A stretch of DNA of 64,000 nucleotides from an uncultured delta proteobacterium (GTDB lineage Bacteria > Myxococcota_A > Polyangia > Fen-1088), in the NCBI GenBank assembly GCA_963767925.1, contig CAVYGB010000010.1, positions 1,248,001-1,312,000 on the forward strand. The letters run 5' to 3'. Positions 1 to 9,355 of this stretch are shown in pieces. Position 1 is the stretch's first letter. Every line of letters begins with the position of its first letter. A program made the position numbers and the translations under genes. The notes beneath the pieces are model-generated. The model ran no database searches and had not been told where the DNA came from. It worked only from the letters and a program-made list of their open reading frames with translations.

Positions 1-780
1 GTCCTGGCTCTCGACCGAAAGATCGAGGTGGGTGCCACCCCAGCGCAGGCGCACGCCCCCCTGGCCTTTGGGGCCCACCGCCCTGGCGACGACCGTCAGG
101 TCGAGCGGCGCGCGCAGCGGGGCCGAGGTCGCCCCCTGCAGCGCGAGCTGCCCCTCGACCTGGCCGCCCTCCGGCCCCTGGCCCAGCAGGAGGTGCACGT
201 GGCCCTGGCTCTCGAGCCGGTCGAGGTGGATGGGCGGCAGGCCGGCGGGGGCCAGGTCGCGCAGCCGGATCACCCCGCCCGAGAGGGTCAGCTTGTGCAC
301 CGCCAGGTGCAGCGGCGCCGGCGGCCCGGCTCCGGGCGCCGCCGCGACCGGGGCCTCCGGCGGGCCGATCGGCGTCAAGGCCCGGGTGAGGTTCCAGCCC
401 CGGGCGCTCCGCTCCAGGGTCACCGCGGGCTGCTCGAGCCGGACCTCCGCGATCTCGATCCGCCTGCGCAGCAGGGCCATCGGCGAAAACACGACCCAGG
501 CCCGCCCGAGCTCGATCACCTTCTTGCCCTCGGGGTCACGCAGCACCACCCCCCGCAGCTCCAGGCTGCGCCCGCGGTAGCGGAAGTCGGCCAGCTCGAG
601 CCGGCCAGCCAGGGTGGCGTTCACCCGGGGCAAGACCAGCTCGCGCACCAGCGAGCCGCCCCAGCGGGTGCGCAGCGACAGCACCAGCCCCACCGCCAGC
701 ACCAGCAACACGGCCAGGGTGGCGAGCGAGATGCGCAGGACCGACCCCGCCACCCGCCGCCCGCGATCCCAGCGCCGCAT
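1..780 (-). CDS. TamB/AsmA-like translocation and assembly module protein, N-terminal part (runs off window)
   Basis: Manually translated from ATG at 780: MRRWDRGRRVAGSVLRISLATLAVLLVLAVGLVLSLRTRWGG...LELRGVVLRDPEG...RRRIEIAEVRLEQP. N-terminal TM anchor; TGATG overlap with the upstream Omp85 gene. Confidence 0.7.
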   Translation of the reverse strand, partial: MRRWDRGRRVAGSVLRISLATLAVLLVLAVGLVLSLRTRWGGSLVRELVLPRVNATLAGRLELADFRYRGRSLELRGVVLRDPEGKKVIELGRAWVVFSPMALLRRRIEIAEVRLEQPAVTLERSARGWNLTRALTPIGPPEAPVAAAPGAGPPAPLHLAVHKLTLSGGVIRLRDLAPAGLPPIHLDRLESQGHVHLLLGQGPEGGQVEGQLALQGATSAPLRAPLDLTVVARAVGPKGQGGVRLRWGGTHLDLSVESQD

Positions 781-2945
781 CAGAACGCCTCCCCGATCGA
801 GACGTGGATCGAGCACAGCCCGTCGCGCACCCAGAGCTGGTCGGCGTTGCTCCCGATCCCGAAGCAGCTCCGGTTCACGTTGGCCCCCGTCTCGGGGCCG
901 TACTGGTAACCGCCCCCCATGGGCCGGGCGTAGGTGATCTCCTGGCCGGCCTCGTCGAACAGCGGGGGCGGCCGCCCGAAGGGCAGCCGGAAGCCGAAGT
1001 CGGCGCGCAGGGGCCCCACCGGGGTGAGGTAGCGGATGCCGAAGCCGACCGCCCACATCATCCGCCGCACCTCCGCGAGGGGCACCCGCTGCTTCGTCAC
1101 GGTGCCGTAGTCGGCGAAGGCGGCCCCCGCCAGGTTGTCCGAGAAGCGCGCGCGCACTTCGAAGTTTCCCTCGATGAGGCCGTTGCCCCCGATGGGCAGC
1201 GCCAGCTTGCCCTCCGGGTCGGCCGCGCTGGGCGCGGGGATGAGGATCATCGGCGACAGCCGCCGGATCCCGAACCCCCGCATCCAGTTCGAGCCCCCCG
1301 AGAAGAAGCGGGTCACAACCGCGCTGTCCTCGGGCCGGCCGCTCGCGGTGAGCAGGGCCCCAACCCGGGCGCGGGCCGCCAGGGTGAAGCGATCGTCCTC
1401 GCCCAGGCTGAGGTAGCCGCGCGCCTCGGGCAAGATGCGCAGGTAGTCGAACCCCCCGCCCAGGGGCCCCCCGCCCTCCTGCAACGACAGCGCCAGGTAC
1501 CGCCCCTTGCGCGGCTGCAGCGGGTCGTCGCGGGTGTCCCAGGTGAGGCTCTGCTCGAGGTACGACAGCAGCACGAAGCAGGGGTCCTCCACGCAGCCCA
1601 GGGTCAGCGGCGCCGACTGCGGCGTGATCGCGCGGGGGCCGTCGAGGCGGTAGCCCTGCAGGTTGTAGGCGGGGAACACGGTAAAGGTGCTGTGGGGGGC
1701 CCACTCGACCCCGGTCATCAGCCGCCCGCCGATGGCGTCATAGGTCTGCTCCAGCGTGCGATCGCTCTCGACCAGCGCGTTCAGCCCCAGCGACGGACGC
1801 CCGAACAGGCGGGGCTGATCGAAGTCGAGGGTCGCCCGGTAGATGGGCCCGTGCCGGGGCCCGAGCTCGATCTGGTTGCGCACCACCGCCAGGGTGCTCG
1901 GCAAGAAGGCCCAGCCGGCTGTGACCCGGGCCTGCAGCCGGCGCAGCCCCCCCAGCCAGTTCCGGTCGGTCCACTCGGCGAGCAGGCGGGCCTCCTGCCG
2001 CACCTGATCGAAGCCCACCCCGGTCCCCAGCCGCAGGGTGTGGGCGGGGGCGGCCCGCACGTTCACCACCACCGGCAAGAGCCCCTCGGGCGTCTCGTCG
2101 CCGGTGTCCACCCGCACGGTGGAGAAGATCCCCATGGCGAACACCCGGCGCTGCACCTCCTCGAGCGCCTCGTCGGAGTAAAAGGGGGCGCCCTCCAGGG
2201 CCAGCTCGGCCTGCTCGCGCACCCAGGCGGGGTCGACGCCGATGGGGGGCGGGGCCCGGCCCTCGCGCGCGGCCCGCCGGGCGCCTCCGGTCTGCACGAA
2301 CACGTCGCCGAAGCGGTATTGCCGCCCGGGGGCCGTGCGCACGTGCAGGCGGGCCTCGTGGGTGGCGACGTCGACGGTGGCCTGGCCGGCTACCTCGGCC
2401 CGGGCGTACCCCAGATCGCGCAGGCCCCGGGTGACCTGGGCCTTGGTCTGCTCCCAGGCGCTCTCCCGGAAGATGTCGGCCTCCCGCACCGGAAGGTCCT
2501 CGAGCAGGGTCAGCCGCTGCGGCTCGGGCAGGGTCTCGAGCCCCTCGAGCCGCAGCTCGGTCACCCGCACCGGATCGCGCTCCTGCACCTCGACGACCAG
2601 GTCGACCTCCGGGTTGGTCTTGCGCCCGGTCGGCGGACGGAGCTGGACGTCCGACTTGACCACCTGGGCCCCGTAGTACCCGCGGCTCTGGTACAGGCGC
2701 TCGATCCGCTCGAGGTCGGACTGCCACTCGACCGGATCGAAGTAGCTCTTCTTCGCGAACGGCCACCAGGAGGTCTCGGTGGTGAGGATCCGCTTCTTTA
2801 TGTCGCTCGCCGAGAGCGCCTGGGTCCCCCGGATCTCCACGTCGTCGACAACCGCCGCCTGGTCGAGCTTCTGACCGGCGCAGGAGGTCCCCGCCGCCCA
2901 TCCGGCCAGCAACGCCGGCAGCCAGCGCAAATCCGAGCTCCGCAT
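780..2945 (-). CDS. BamA/TamA (Omp85) family outer membrane protein with POTRA domains
   Basis: Lipoprotein-like signal, POTRA-like segments (YQSRGYYGAQV, LRDLGYARAEV), RFFSGGSNWMRGF, GFGIRYLTPVGPLRADFG, terminal SIGEAF. Confidence 0.9.
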   Translation of the reverse strand: MRSSDLRWLPALLAGWAAGTSCAGQKLDQAAVVDDVEIRGTQALSASDIKKRILTTETSWWPFAKKSYFDPVEWQSDLERIERLYQSRGYYGAQVVKSDVQLRPPTGRKTNPEVDLVVEVQERDPVRVTELRLEGLETLPEPQRLTLLEDLPVREADIFRESAWEQTKAQVTRGLRDLGYARAEVAGQATVDVATHEARLHVRTAPGRQYRFGDVFVQTGGARRAAREGRAPPPIGVDPAWVREQAELALEGAPFYSDEALEEVQRRVFAMGIFSTVRVDTGDETPEGLLPVVVNVRAAPAHTLRLGTGVGFDQVRQEARLLAEWTDRNWLGGLRRLQARVTAGWAFLPSTLAVVRNQIELGPRHGPIYRATLDFDQPRLFGRPSLGLNALVESDRTLEQTYDAIGGRLMTGVEWAPHSTFTVFPAYNLQGYRLDGPRAITPQSAPLTLGCVEDPCFVLLSYLEQSLTWDTRDDPLQPRKGRYLALSLQEGGGPLGGGFDYLRILPEARGYLSLGEDDRFTLAARARVGALLTASGRPEDSAVVTRFFSGGSNWMRGFGIRRLSPMILIPAPSAADPEGKLALPIGGNGLIEGNFEVRARFSDNLAGAAFADYGTVTKQRVPLAEVRRMMWAVGFGIRYLTPVGPLRADFGFRLPFGRPPPLFDEAGQEITYARPMGGGYQYGPETGANVNRSCFGIGSNADQLWVRDGLCSIHVSIGEAF

Positions 2946-3008
2946 CCGCCCACCAATGTAGTGCCGGCGCGCGCCAGCGCGGCAGGGAGGCCGCCGAAGG
3001 TTGGCCGC

Positions 3009-3644
3009 TCAGTCCTGACGGACGGGTCGACCCCGGTACATCCGCACGACGGTCCGGTCGCCCGAATCGGCCGGGGCCAGGCCGGCGAAGGGGATCTCCT
3101 GGGTCTGCGCCACCAGGGTGGGCTCACCCGGCGGCGGCGTCGGTCGCGACCGCGCGGGGGGTGGGGGCGGCGGGGGGCCCGAAGGGCGGGGCATCGGCGC
3201 CACCCGGGTGGCGCCCTGGCTGGACCGGTAGGTGGCCGGCGGCAGGGGCGGCGGCATCGGCGCGGCCGGCGTGGTCGGCTCGGCCGGCGCATCGAGCAGC
3301 AGGTTCAGCCGGCGGATGGCCAGGTTCATGGCCATCTTCATGACCGCCGGGTTGATGTCCGCCCCGGTGAGCACGCAGAGCAACCCGTCGCGCAAGGGGC
3401 GCAAGAACACGAAGAAGTCCGCGTAGCGCAGGGTGCAGGTCTGCACCTCGCTGCCGCCGTAGCTGAGCGTCTCGCGCAGCCGGAGGGCGCGGGGGCCCGC
3501 CTCGCCGAGGATGTCGTCGCCGAACATCGCCGGCATGTCGCGGGCCACCAGCCGGCCGAAGTCGGTGATGACGAAGCTGCCCTGCACGCCGCGCACGTCC
3601 CGCATCGACTGCAGGGCGGCCGACAGCTCCTGCGCGATGTTCAA
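3009..3644 (-). CDS. Roadblock/LC7 (MglB-like) domain protein with Pro-rich tail
   Basis: True start likely TTG at 3644 (TTGA overlap with upstream stop); LQSMRDVRGVQGSFVITDFGRLVARDMP...LLCVLTGADINPAVMKMAMNLAIRRL fits the roadblock pattern. Confidence 0.65.
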   Translation of the reverse strand: MNIAQELSAALQSMRDVRGVQGSFVITDFGRLVARDMPAMFGDDILGEAGPRALRLRETLSYGGSEVQTCTLRYADFFVFLRPLRDGLLCVLTGADINPAVMKMAMNLAIRRLNLLLDAPAEPTTPAAPMPPPLPPATYRSSQGATRVAPMPRPSGPPPPPPPARSRPTPPPGEPTLVAQTQEIPFAGLAPADSGDRTVVRMYRGRPVRQD

Positions 3645-4060
3645 AGGCCGATCTCCGGCTTCAGGTGGTCGAGCGCCCCGGCCGGCTTGGCCCGGCGCGC
3701 GGCGATGGCCCCGTCGGGCGCGCGCGCGATGAGGATTTGGGCGTCGTCGAAGCGCGCCTCCAGGCTGCGGAAGGTCTCGAGCCCCAGGAACTCGCCGAGC
3801 AGCTCGGCCATCTGGACGGCGTAGGCGGCAGCCTCGGGCAAGCTGGGCACGTGGCCGCCGCGCAGGACCTCGCCGCCGGGGCCGAGGAACACGGTATCGG
3901 GCTGGGAGCTGCTGGTGGGCAACGGCGGCGGCTGGGGCGAGGGGGTCAAGAGATCGTCTCCATCGGGGGCAGTGGGGGGCGTCGTGAACGGAACCACGAC
4001 CGACCCTTTGGGTCGCGGGTTCGGGGTCGAGCCATCCGCTGGCGGCGTCTTGAGAGCCAT
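3641..4060 (-). CDS. Hypothetical protein (possibly degenerate roadblock-like)
   Basis: 139-aa ORF translationally coupled to the roadblock gene. Confidence 0.55.
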   Translation of the reverse strand: MALKTPPADGSTPNPRPKGSVVVPFTTPPTAPDGDDLLTPSPQPPPLPTSSSQPDTVFLGPGGEVLRGGHVPSLPEAAAYAVQMAELLGEFLGLETFRSLEARFDDAQILIARAPDGAIAARRAKPAGALDHLKPEIGL

Positions 4061-4368
4061 CGTCGTCGTCGCGGAGGCAGGTTAACCGCGGTGCTGTTAA
4101 CACGGGTCAACGCTAAAGGAAATACTCGGTAACATGGCGAAAAGGCCCGGGTTGTCAGAAGACGCCGCGGCCGCCGGCTTGCGCGCGGCTCGGGGTCCGA
4201 CGGTATTGTCCTGTAACCGCGGGGCCTTTCCGGCGCGCCAGGCTCGGGGCAACGTTTTCGGCCAGCGGCGAACCGGCCAGCCGGGTCGAAAAATGCCGCC
4301 CCAAGTTGTGCCTTGCCCGGGGCGGCCCGCCCTCGTAACCTGCCCCGGTTTCAGAAAGGACCTAGAAG

Positions 4369-4920
4369 ATGCGAAACATCCTCATTTCATCGGCGATCGC
4401 GGGATCGCTGTTCCTGTTCGGTACCGTCTCGGCCCAGCCCCAGGAGCTCAAGGCGCGGCCCAGCCCCGCCGCCAAGGTGAGCCAGCAGATCGGCAGCACC
4501 ATGGTCGAAGTCGAATACAGCAGCCCCGCCGTCAAGAAGCGGAAGATCTGGGGCGATCTGGTGCCCGAGGGCAAGGTCTGGCGCACGGGGGCCAACGCCT
4601 CCACCAAGCTGACCTTCAACAAGGACCTGGTGATCGGCGGCAAGTCGGTCCCCGCCGGGACCTACGCCCTGCTGACCATCCCCACCGGCAAGTCCTGGAC
4701 GGTGATCGTCAACAAGGACACCTCGATCGGCGGCAACATGGACAAGTACAAGGCGGACCAGGACGTGGCCCGCTTGACCGTGGCGCCGAAGGCCATCCCC
4801 GCCCGCGAGCGCCTCACCTTCATCTTCTCCGACGTGACCGACGACGCGGGCACGCTGGACTTCGAATGGGAGAAGGTGCGCGTCTCGATCCCGATCAAGG
4901 CGACTGCCAAAAGCAGCTAA
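4369..4920 (+). CDS. DUF2911 domain secreted protein
   Basis: Signal peptide; RPSPAAKVSQQIG, EYSSPAVKKRKIWGDLVPEGKVWRTGANAST, AGTYALLTIP. Confidence 0.9.
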   Translation: MRNILISSAIAGSLFLFGTVSAQPQELKARPSPAAKVSQQIGSTMVEVEYSSPAVKKRKIWGDLVPEGKVWRTGANASTKLTFNKDLVIGGKSVPAGTYALLTIPTGKSWTVIVNKDTSIGGNMDKYKADQDVARLTVAPKAIPARERLTFIFSDVTDDAGTLDFEWEKVRVSIPIKATAKSS

Positions 4921-4977
4921 GACGTCCAGCTAGCGTGTTCCTGGCGTTCCGCGGGGGACCGGCGCTGAAAAAGAAAG

Positions 4978-5014
4978 AGGCACGGAGGGCAACCTCCGTG
5001 CCTTTCGTCTTTCT
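4978..5014. terminator. Probable bidirectional intrinsic terminator
   Basis: AGGCACGGAGG-GCAA-CCTCCGTGCCT perfect stem with A-rich left and T-rich right flanks, between convergent genes. Confidence 0.75.
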
Positions 5015-5023
5015 GGGCGCGGA

Positions 5024-5416
5024 TCAGCTCCGGCGCGCGTGCTTCTGGCTCGGCGAGGTGACCTTGAGCTTCTGGCGGCTGGTGAGCGGGGTGGCAGCCT
5101 TGGACCGGTTCTTCCCGCCCCGGGTCGACTTGCGCGAGGGGCGGTGGGGGGCCAGCGTGTCCTCCAGCTTGTAGACCGCCTTCTTCCCCAGCGAACGGTT
5201 GCGCACGGCCGTCGAGGGCCCGCCGAAGCGGCGCTCTTCCGGGGAGGCCGCCGCGGCCATCCGCTTGGCTGGCGAGGGCGTCCGGTGGCCGCCGGCCTTC
5301 CGGCCGGAGACCCCGCTGGACGACCCATCCGACTTGCCATCCGCTTTGCCGGCCCGCCGGTCTTCCGCCCCGTGGCGCGCCGTGGTGGATTTGAAGCGCT
5401 CTGCTCGTGTAGCCAT
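5024..5416 (-). CDS. Small basic hypothetical protein
   Basis: ATG at 5416 with AGGAGG RBS; MATRAERFKS...RPSRKSTRGGKNRSK; K/R-rich. Confidence 0.65.
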   Translation of the reverse strand: MATRAERFKSTTARHGAEDRRAGKADGKSDGSSSGVSGRKAGGHRTPSPAKRMAAAASPEERRFGGPSTAVRNRSLGKKAVYKLEDTLAPHRPSRKSTRGGKNRSKAATPLTSRQKLKVTSPSQKHARRS

Positions 5417-5541
5417 TCGACCCTCCTGATCTGTCCACTCCGTAATGTAGGGCCGATATCGCGCCCCGTCTTTCCGATCGCCGGTTAACCCCGACGAGGA
5501 CAAGGCCCTACATCCGGGAATGCGACTAGACTGTTTCCGGA

Positions 5542-6075
5542 ATGGCGGACGATCCCGGCGACGCAGAGGAGGACGAAGAGGAGGAGGCGGCGGCTCCTCG
5601 CGGCGAGAAGAACTACATCACCCCCGAAGGCTACAAGAAGCTGGTGGCCGAGCTGGAGTTCCTGCACAGCAAGAAGCGGCCGGAGGTGGTCAACGCCCTG
5701 GCCGACGCCGCCGCCGAGGGCGACCGCTCGGAGAACGCCGAATACATCTACCGCAAGCGCCAGCTCCGGGACATCGACCGCCGCCTCCGCTTCCTGGCCA
5801 AGCGGCTCGACATCGTGCTGGTCGTCGATCCCCTGGAGCGGCCCCGCCGCGACCGGGTCTTCTTCGGCGCCACCGTGCGGGTGGCCGACGAGGAGGGGGA
5901 CGAGCACACCTTCCGGATCGTCGGCTCGGACGAGATCGACAGCGCCACCGGGGCCATCTCCTGGCGCTCGCCGGTGGGGCGGGCCCTGCTGGGCAAGAGC
6001 CTCGGAGACACCTTCACCGTCAAGTACCACGCCGGCACCCGCGAGCTGACGGTCATGGCTATCGATTACGTTTGA
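5542..6075 (+). CDS. greB: Transcription elongation factor GreB
   Basis: NYITPEGY, RPEVV, AAAEGDRSENAEYIY, VFFGATV, ISWRSPVGRALLGK. Confidence 0.95.
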   Translation: MADDPGDAEEDEEEEAAAPRGEKNYITPEGYKKLVAELEFLHSKKRPEVVNALADAAAEGDRSENAEYIYRKRQLRDIDRRLRFLAKRLDIVLVVDPLERPRRDRVFFGATVRVADEEGDEHTFRIVGSDEIDSATGAISWRSPVGRALLGKSLGDTFTVKYHAGTRELTVMAIDYV

Positions 6076-6164
6076 GCACCCTGGACGTCACTGGACGTCC
6101 CTCCGGACGTCTCTGAATTTCGGGCCCCTCTCCTGCTCGGGCATACTGCCGATGTAAATCTTCG

Positions 6165-8291
6165 ATGTCGTCCCTGCCGCCCTTCCTGGCCGCCTCGCTG
6201 GCGCTGGCGCCGGAACACCCGTATGGGGCGGTGGGGTTCTTGCTCAACCTGGCGGTCATCCTGTGCGCCGCCGCCATCACCACGGTGCTGTTCCAGAAGC
6301 TGCGCCAGCCGGTGGTCCTGGGCTACCTGCTGGCGGGGTTGATCGTCGGCCCCTACGTCCCGGTTCCGGTGCGGGTCGATGTCGGTGTGGCCCACACGCT
6401 GTCCGAGATCGGCGTCATCCTGCTGATGTTCTCGCTGGGCCTCGAGTTCAGCCTGCGCAAGCTGATGCGGGTGGGGGGCCGGGCCGGCATCGTGGCGGCC
6501 ATCGAGTGCAGCCTCATGGTCTGGCTCGGCTACCTGACCGGCCGGATCTTCGGCTGGACCAACTACGAGAGCCTGTTCGCCGGCGCCCTGGTGGCCATCT
6601 CCAGCACGACGATCATCGTGCGGGCCTTCAGCGAAGGGCGGGCCAGCGGCCAGGTCAACGACAAGCTCCGCCAGATCGTGTTCGGCATCCTCATCGTCGA
6701 GGACCTGATCGCCATCCTGCTGCTCGCCATCCTCACCGCCATCGCCTCGGGCGCCGGGATGTCGGCGGGGGCGCTGGTCATGACCATGCTCCGGCTGATG
6801 GGGTTCCTGGTGGGGCTGGTGGTGGTGGGGCTGCTGGTGGTCCCCCGGCTGGTGCGGGCGGTGGTCAAGCTGGAGCGCAACGAGACGACCCTGGTGACCT
6901 GCGTGGGCATCTGCTTCGCCTGCGCCCTGCTGGCCCACCGCTCCGGCTATTCGGTGGCGCTGGGGGCCTTCCTGGCCGGAGCCCTGGTGGCCGAATCGGG
7001 CGAAGCCCGCCGCATCGAGCACCTCATCGAGCCGGTGCGGGACATGTTCGCCGCCATCTTCTTCGTGGCGGTGGGGATGATCATCCAGCCGGGGCTGCTG
7101 GCCGAGCACTGGCCGGCGATGCTGGTGCTGACCGCGGTGATCGTGACCGGCAAGGTGGTGGCGGTCAGCCTGGCCTCGGTGCTGGCGGGCAACGGGGTGC
7201 GCCTGTCGGTGCAGGCGGGGATGAGCCTGGCCCAGATCGGCGAGTTTTCCTTCATCATCGCCGGGGTGGGCAAGGCCCTGGGCGTGGTGGGCGACTTCCT
7301 CTACCCGCTGGCGGTCGGCGTCTCCGCCCTGACAACCCTGCTCACTCCGTTCCTCATCGGGGCCTCGGGCCGAGCCGCGGCCTACGTCGACGCCCACCTG
7401 CCCCACCGGGTCCAGACCTACGCCAGCTTGTACGAGTCCTGGGTCGAGCGCCTGCGCAACTCGGCCCCCCACCACCAGACCGCCTGGTCCCGCATCCGGC
7501 GGGTGATGGTGCTGCTGGCGGTGGACTTCACCGCGATCGCCGCCATCATCATCGGCGCCGCCCTCGGCATGGACCAGATCATCGCCATGGCAGGCCGGCT
7601 GGGGATGGGACCGGGGGTGGCCAAGCTGCTGGTCATCGTCGCCGCGATGGGGCTGGCCGTCCCCTTCGTGCTCGGGGCCCTGCGGGTCACCCGCACCCTC
7701 GGCTTTCTGCTGGTGCGCGAGGCCCTGCCCGGGCAGGCCAATCAGCTCGGCCTGGCCAGCGCCCCCCGCCGCGCGCTCCGGGTGACCATCCAGATCGGCA
7801 TCTTGCTGGTGGCGGGGACGCCCCTGGTGGCCATCACCCAGCCCCTGCTCCCCTCGATCCCGCTGGCCCTGGTGCTGGCCCTGCTCGTCGTGGGGATGGC
7901 GGTCGTGTTCTGGCGCCGGGCCAACGACCTCGAGGAGCACGTGCGCGCGGGGGCGGAGGTGGTGCTCGAGACGCTGTCGGCGCAGTCCCACTCCGAGCGG
8001 ACCGGGTCCACCGCCATCGCCCGGGTGCGGGGGCTGGTCCCCATCTTCGGCCACCCCAAGGCGGTGCGGTTGCCCCCCGGCGCGCCCGGCGCCGGGCGCA
8101 GCCTCAAAGATCTGAACCTGCGCGGGCAGACCGGCGCCACCGTGCTGTGCATCGAAAGAAATGGTCGGGACGCGATCATGCCCAGCGGCGCGGAGGTGCT
8201 CGAGCCGGGGGACATCGTCGTCCTCGCCGGATCCGAGGAGGCGGTCAGCAGCGCCACCACCCTCCTGACGGTGCCACCCCCGGAGGTGTGA
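6165..8291 (+). CDS. Cation:proton antiporter (CPA2) with C-terminal TrkA-C/RCK_C domain
   Basis: QPVVLGYLLAG, LGLEFS, ISSTTII, GILIVEDL, AQIGEFSFII; C-terminal LRGQTGATVLCIER...LEPGDIVVLAG. Confidence 0.92.
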   Translation: MSSLPPFLAASLALAPEHPYGAVGFLLNLAVILCAAAITTVLFQKLRQPVVLGYLLAGLIVGPYVPVPVRVDVGVAHTLSEIGVILLMFSLGLEFSLRKLMRVGGRAGIVAAIECSLMVWLGYLTGRIFGWTNYESLFAGALVAISSTTIIVRAFSEGRASGQVNDKLRQIVFGILIVEDLIAILLLAILTAIASGAGMSAGALVMTMLRLMGFLVGLVVVGLLVVPRLVRAVVKLERNETTLVTCVGICFACALLAHRSGYSVALGAFLAGALVAESGEARRIEHLIEPVRDMFAAIFFVAVGMIIQPGLLAEHWPAMLVLTAVIVTGKVVAVSLASVLAGNGVRLSVQAGMSLAQIGEFSFIIAGVGKALGVVGDFLYPLAVGVSALTTLLTPFLIGASGRAAAYVDAHLPHRVQTYASLYESWVERLRNSAPHHQTAWSRIRRVMVLLAVDFTAIAAIIIGAALGMDQIIAMAGRLGMGPGVAKLLVIVAAMGLAVPFVLGALRVTRTLGFLLVREALPGQANQLGLASAPRRALRVTIQIGILLVAGTPLVAITQPLLPSIPLALVLALLVVGMAVVFWRRANDLEEHVRAGAEVVLETLSAQSHSERTGSTAIARVRGLVPIFGHPKAVRLPPGAPGAGRSLKDLNLRGQTGATVLCIERNGRDAIMPSGAEVLEPGDIVVLAGSEEAVSSATTLLTVPPPEV

Positions 8292-8522
8292 TCGCCTGCG
8301 GAGCCGCCGAGCTTGCTCGGCGCGAAGCTTCGCGGGGGGTGCGGGACCCTCTCAGGGTCCCGCAGTTGATCGCCTGCGGAGCCGCCGAGCTTGCTCGGCG
8401 CGAAGCTTCGCGGGGGGTGCGGGACCCTCTCAGGGTCCCGCAGTTGATCGCCTGCGGAGCCGCCGAGCTTGCTCGGCGCGAAGCTTCGCGGGGGGTGCGG
8501 GACCCTCTCAGGGTCCCGCAGT
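8289..8522. repeat. Three identical 78-bp tandem units of a multi-hairpin REP-like element
   Basis: Units start at 8289, 8367 and 8445; each has GCCGAGC-TT-GCTCGGC, GCGAAGCTTCGC and TGCGGGACCCT-CTC-AGGGTCCCGCA. Confidence 0.95.
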
Positions 8523-8524
8523 AG

Positions 8525-8713
8525 ATGCTCATCGAGCGCTTCCTGCGCGACGTGCTGCCCCCCGCCTGACGCGACCTCTTCCGGGCCCGCTTCGTCGCCC
8601 ACCTCAGCCAGTCGGAAGCCGCCACCGCCCTCGGCAAGCGCCGCACCACCCTCGCCTACCAGGAGCTCCGCATCCGCCACCTCCTGCGCAAGTTCCTGCA
8701 CGAGCAGGCCTGA
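8525..8713 (+). pseudogene. Remnant of a sigma-70 region-4-like HTH gene
   Basis: MLIERFLRDVLPPA*RDLFRARFVAHLSQSEAATALGKRRTTLAYQELRIRHLLRKFLHEQA*; internal stop and no N-terminal domain. Confidence 0.6.
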
Positions 8714-8754
8714 CCCAGGGGCGGATTTGCCCGAGACTCCCGCGCCCCCGCTGC

Positions 8755-8801
8755 CCGTTCGCCCTCGCCCCGCGAAGCGGGGAGAGGGAGGGGTGAGGGG
8801 G
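8755..8801. repeat. REP-like hairpin element CCCTCGCCCCGCGAAGCGGGGAGAGGGAGGGGTGAGGGG
   Basis: Imperfect palindrome followed by GGGGTGAGGGG; related copy at 24664-24958. Confidence 0.7.
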
Positions 8802-8824
8802 CTCCGGCCAAACCGATCGGTGCT

Positions 8825-9313
8825 CTAGCGCCGGCGGCTGGACATGGCCCGGTCGATCTCGCGCTGGGCTTCGCGCTTGCGGGTGTCCTGGCGGCGGTCG
8901 TGTTGCTGCTTGCCGTGGGCCAGGCCCAGCTCGACCTTCACCCGGCCGTGCCTTTCGTAGAGGGAGAGCGGGACCAGGGTGTAGCCCTTCTCCCGCACCT
9001 TGCCGGCCAGCCGATCGATCTCGCCCCGGTGGAGCAGCAGCTTGCGCTTGCGCCGGGGGTCGTGGTTGCGGGCATGGGCGAAGGGGTAGACGCCGATGTC
9101 CATCTGGTGCAGCCAGGCCTCGCCCCCGTTCAGATCGGCGAAGGCGTCGAGCAGGGTGACCTTGCCGCCCCGGATCGACTTGACCTCCGAGCCGGCCAGC
9201 ACCACCCCCGCCTCGACGGTCTCGTCGATCTGGTAGATGTAGCGCGCCTTCCGGTTCTGGGCGAGCAGCTTGGGCTCGTCCTTGTCCGCCGACCCCTTCT
9301 TTTTCCTGACCAC
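8825..9313 (-). CDS. smpB: SsrA-binding protein SmpB
   Basis: NRKARYIY, EAGVVLAGSEVKSIR, NHDPRRKRKLLLHRGEI, KVELGLAHGK. Confidence 0.97.
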   Translation of the reverse strand: MVRKKKGSADKDEPKLLAQNRKARYIYQIDETVEAGVVLAGSEVKSIRGGKVTLLDAFADLNGGEAWLHQMDIGVYPFAHARNHDPRRKRKLLLHRGEIDRLAGKVREKGYTLVPLSLYERHGRVKVELGLAHGKQQHDRRQDTRKREAQREIDRAMSSRRR

Positions 9314-9355
9314 GGCCGGGAAGAGTACCCCGTTTCGGGGCGCGGCCCGGGGCGA

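Noticed and set aside
804..3824. Long ORFs antisense or frame-shifted to real genes (e.g. 804-3824, 8900-11152, 10957-13584, 40902-43307)
   Set aside because: Shadow ORFs expected at this GC content; the opposite strand carries recognisable proteins
6081..6112. Three GGACGTC repeats after greB
   Set aside because: Too short and GC-rich to support a regulatory call
8289..8522. Possible CRISPR array or tRNA cluster (78-bp period)
   Set aside because: Units are identical with no spacers, and there is no cloverleaf with T-loop/D-loop consensus
8714..9355. tmRNA gene near smpB
   Set aside because: No tRNA-like ends or room for ssrA were recognised
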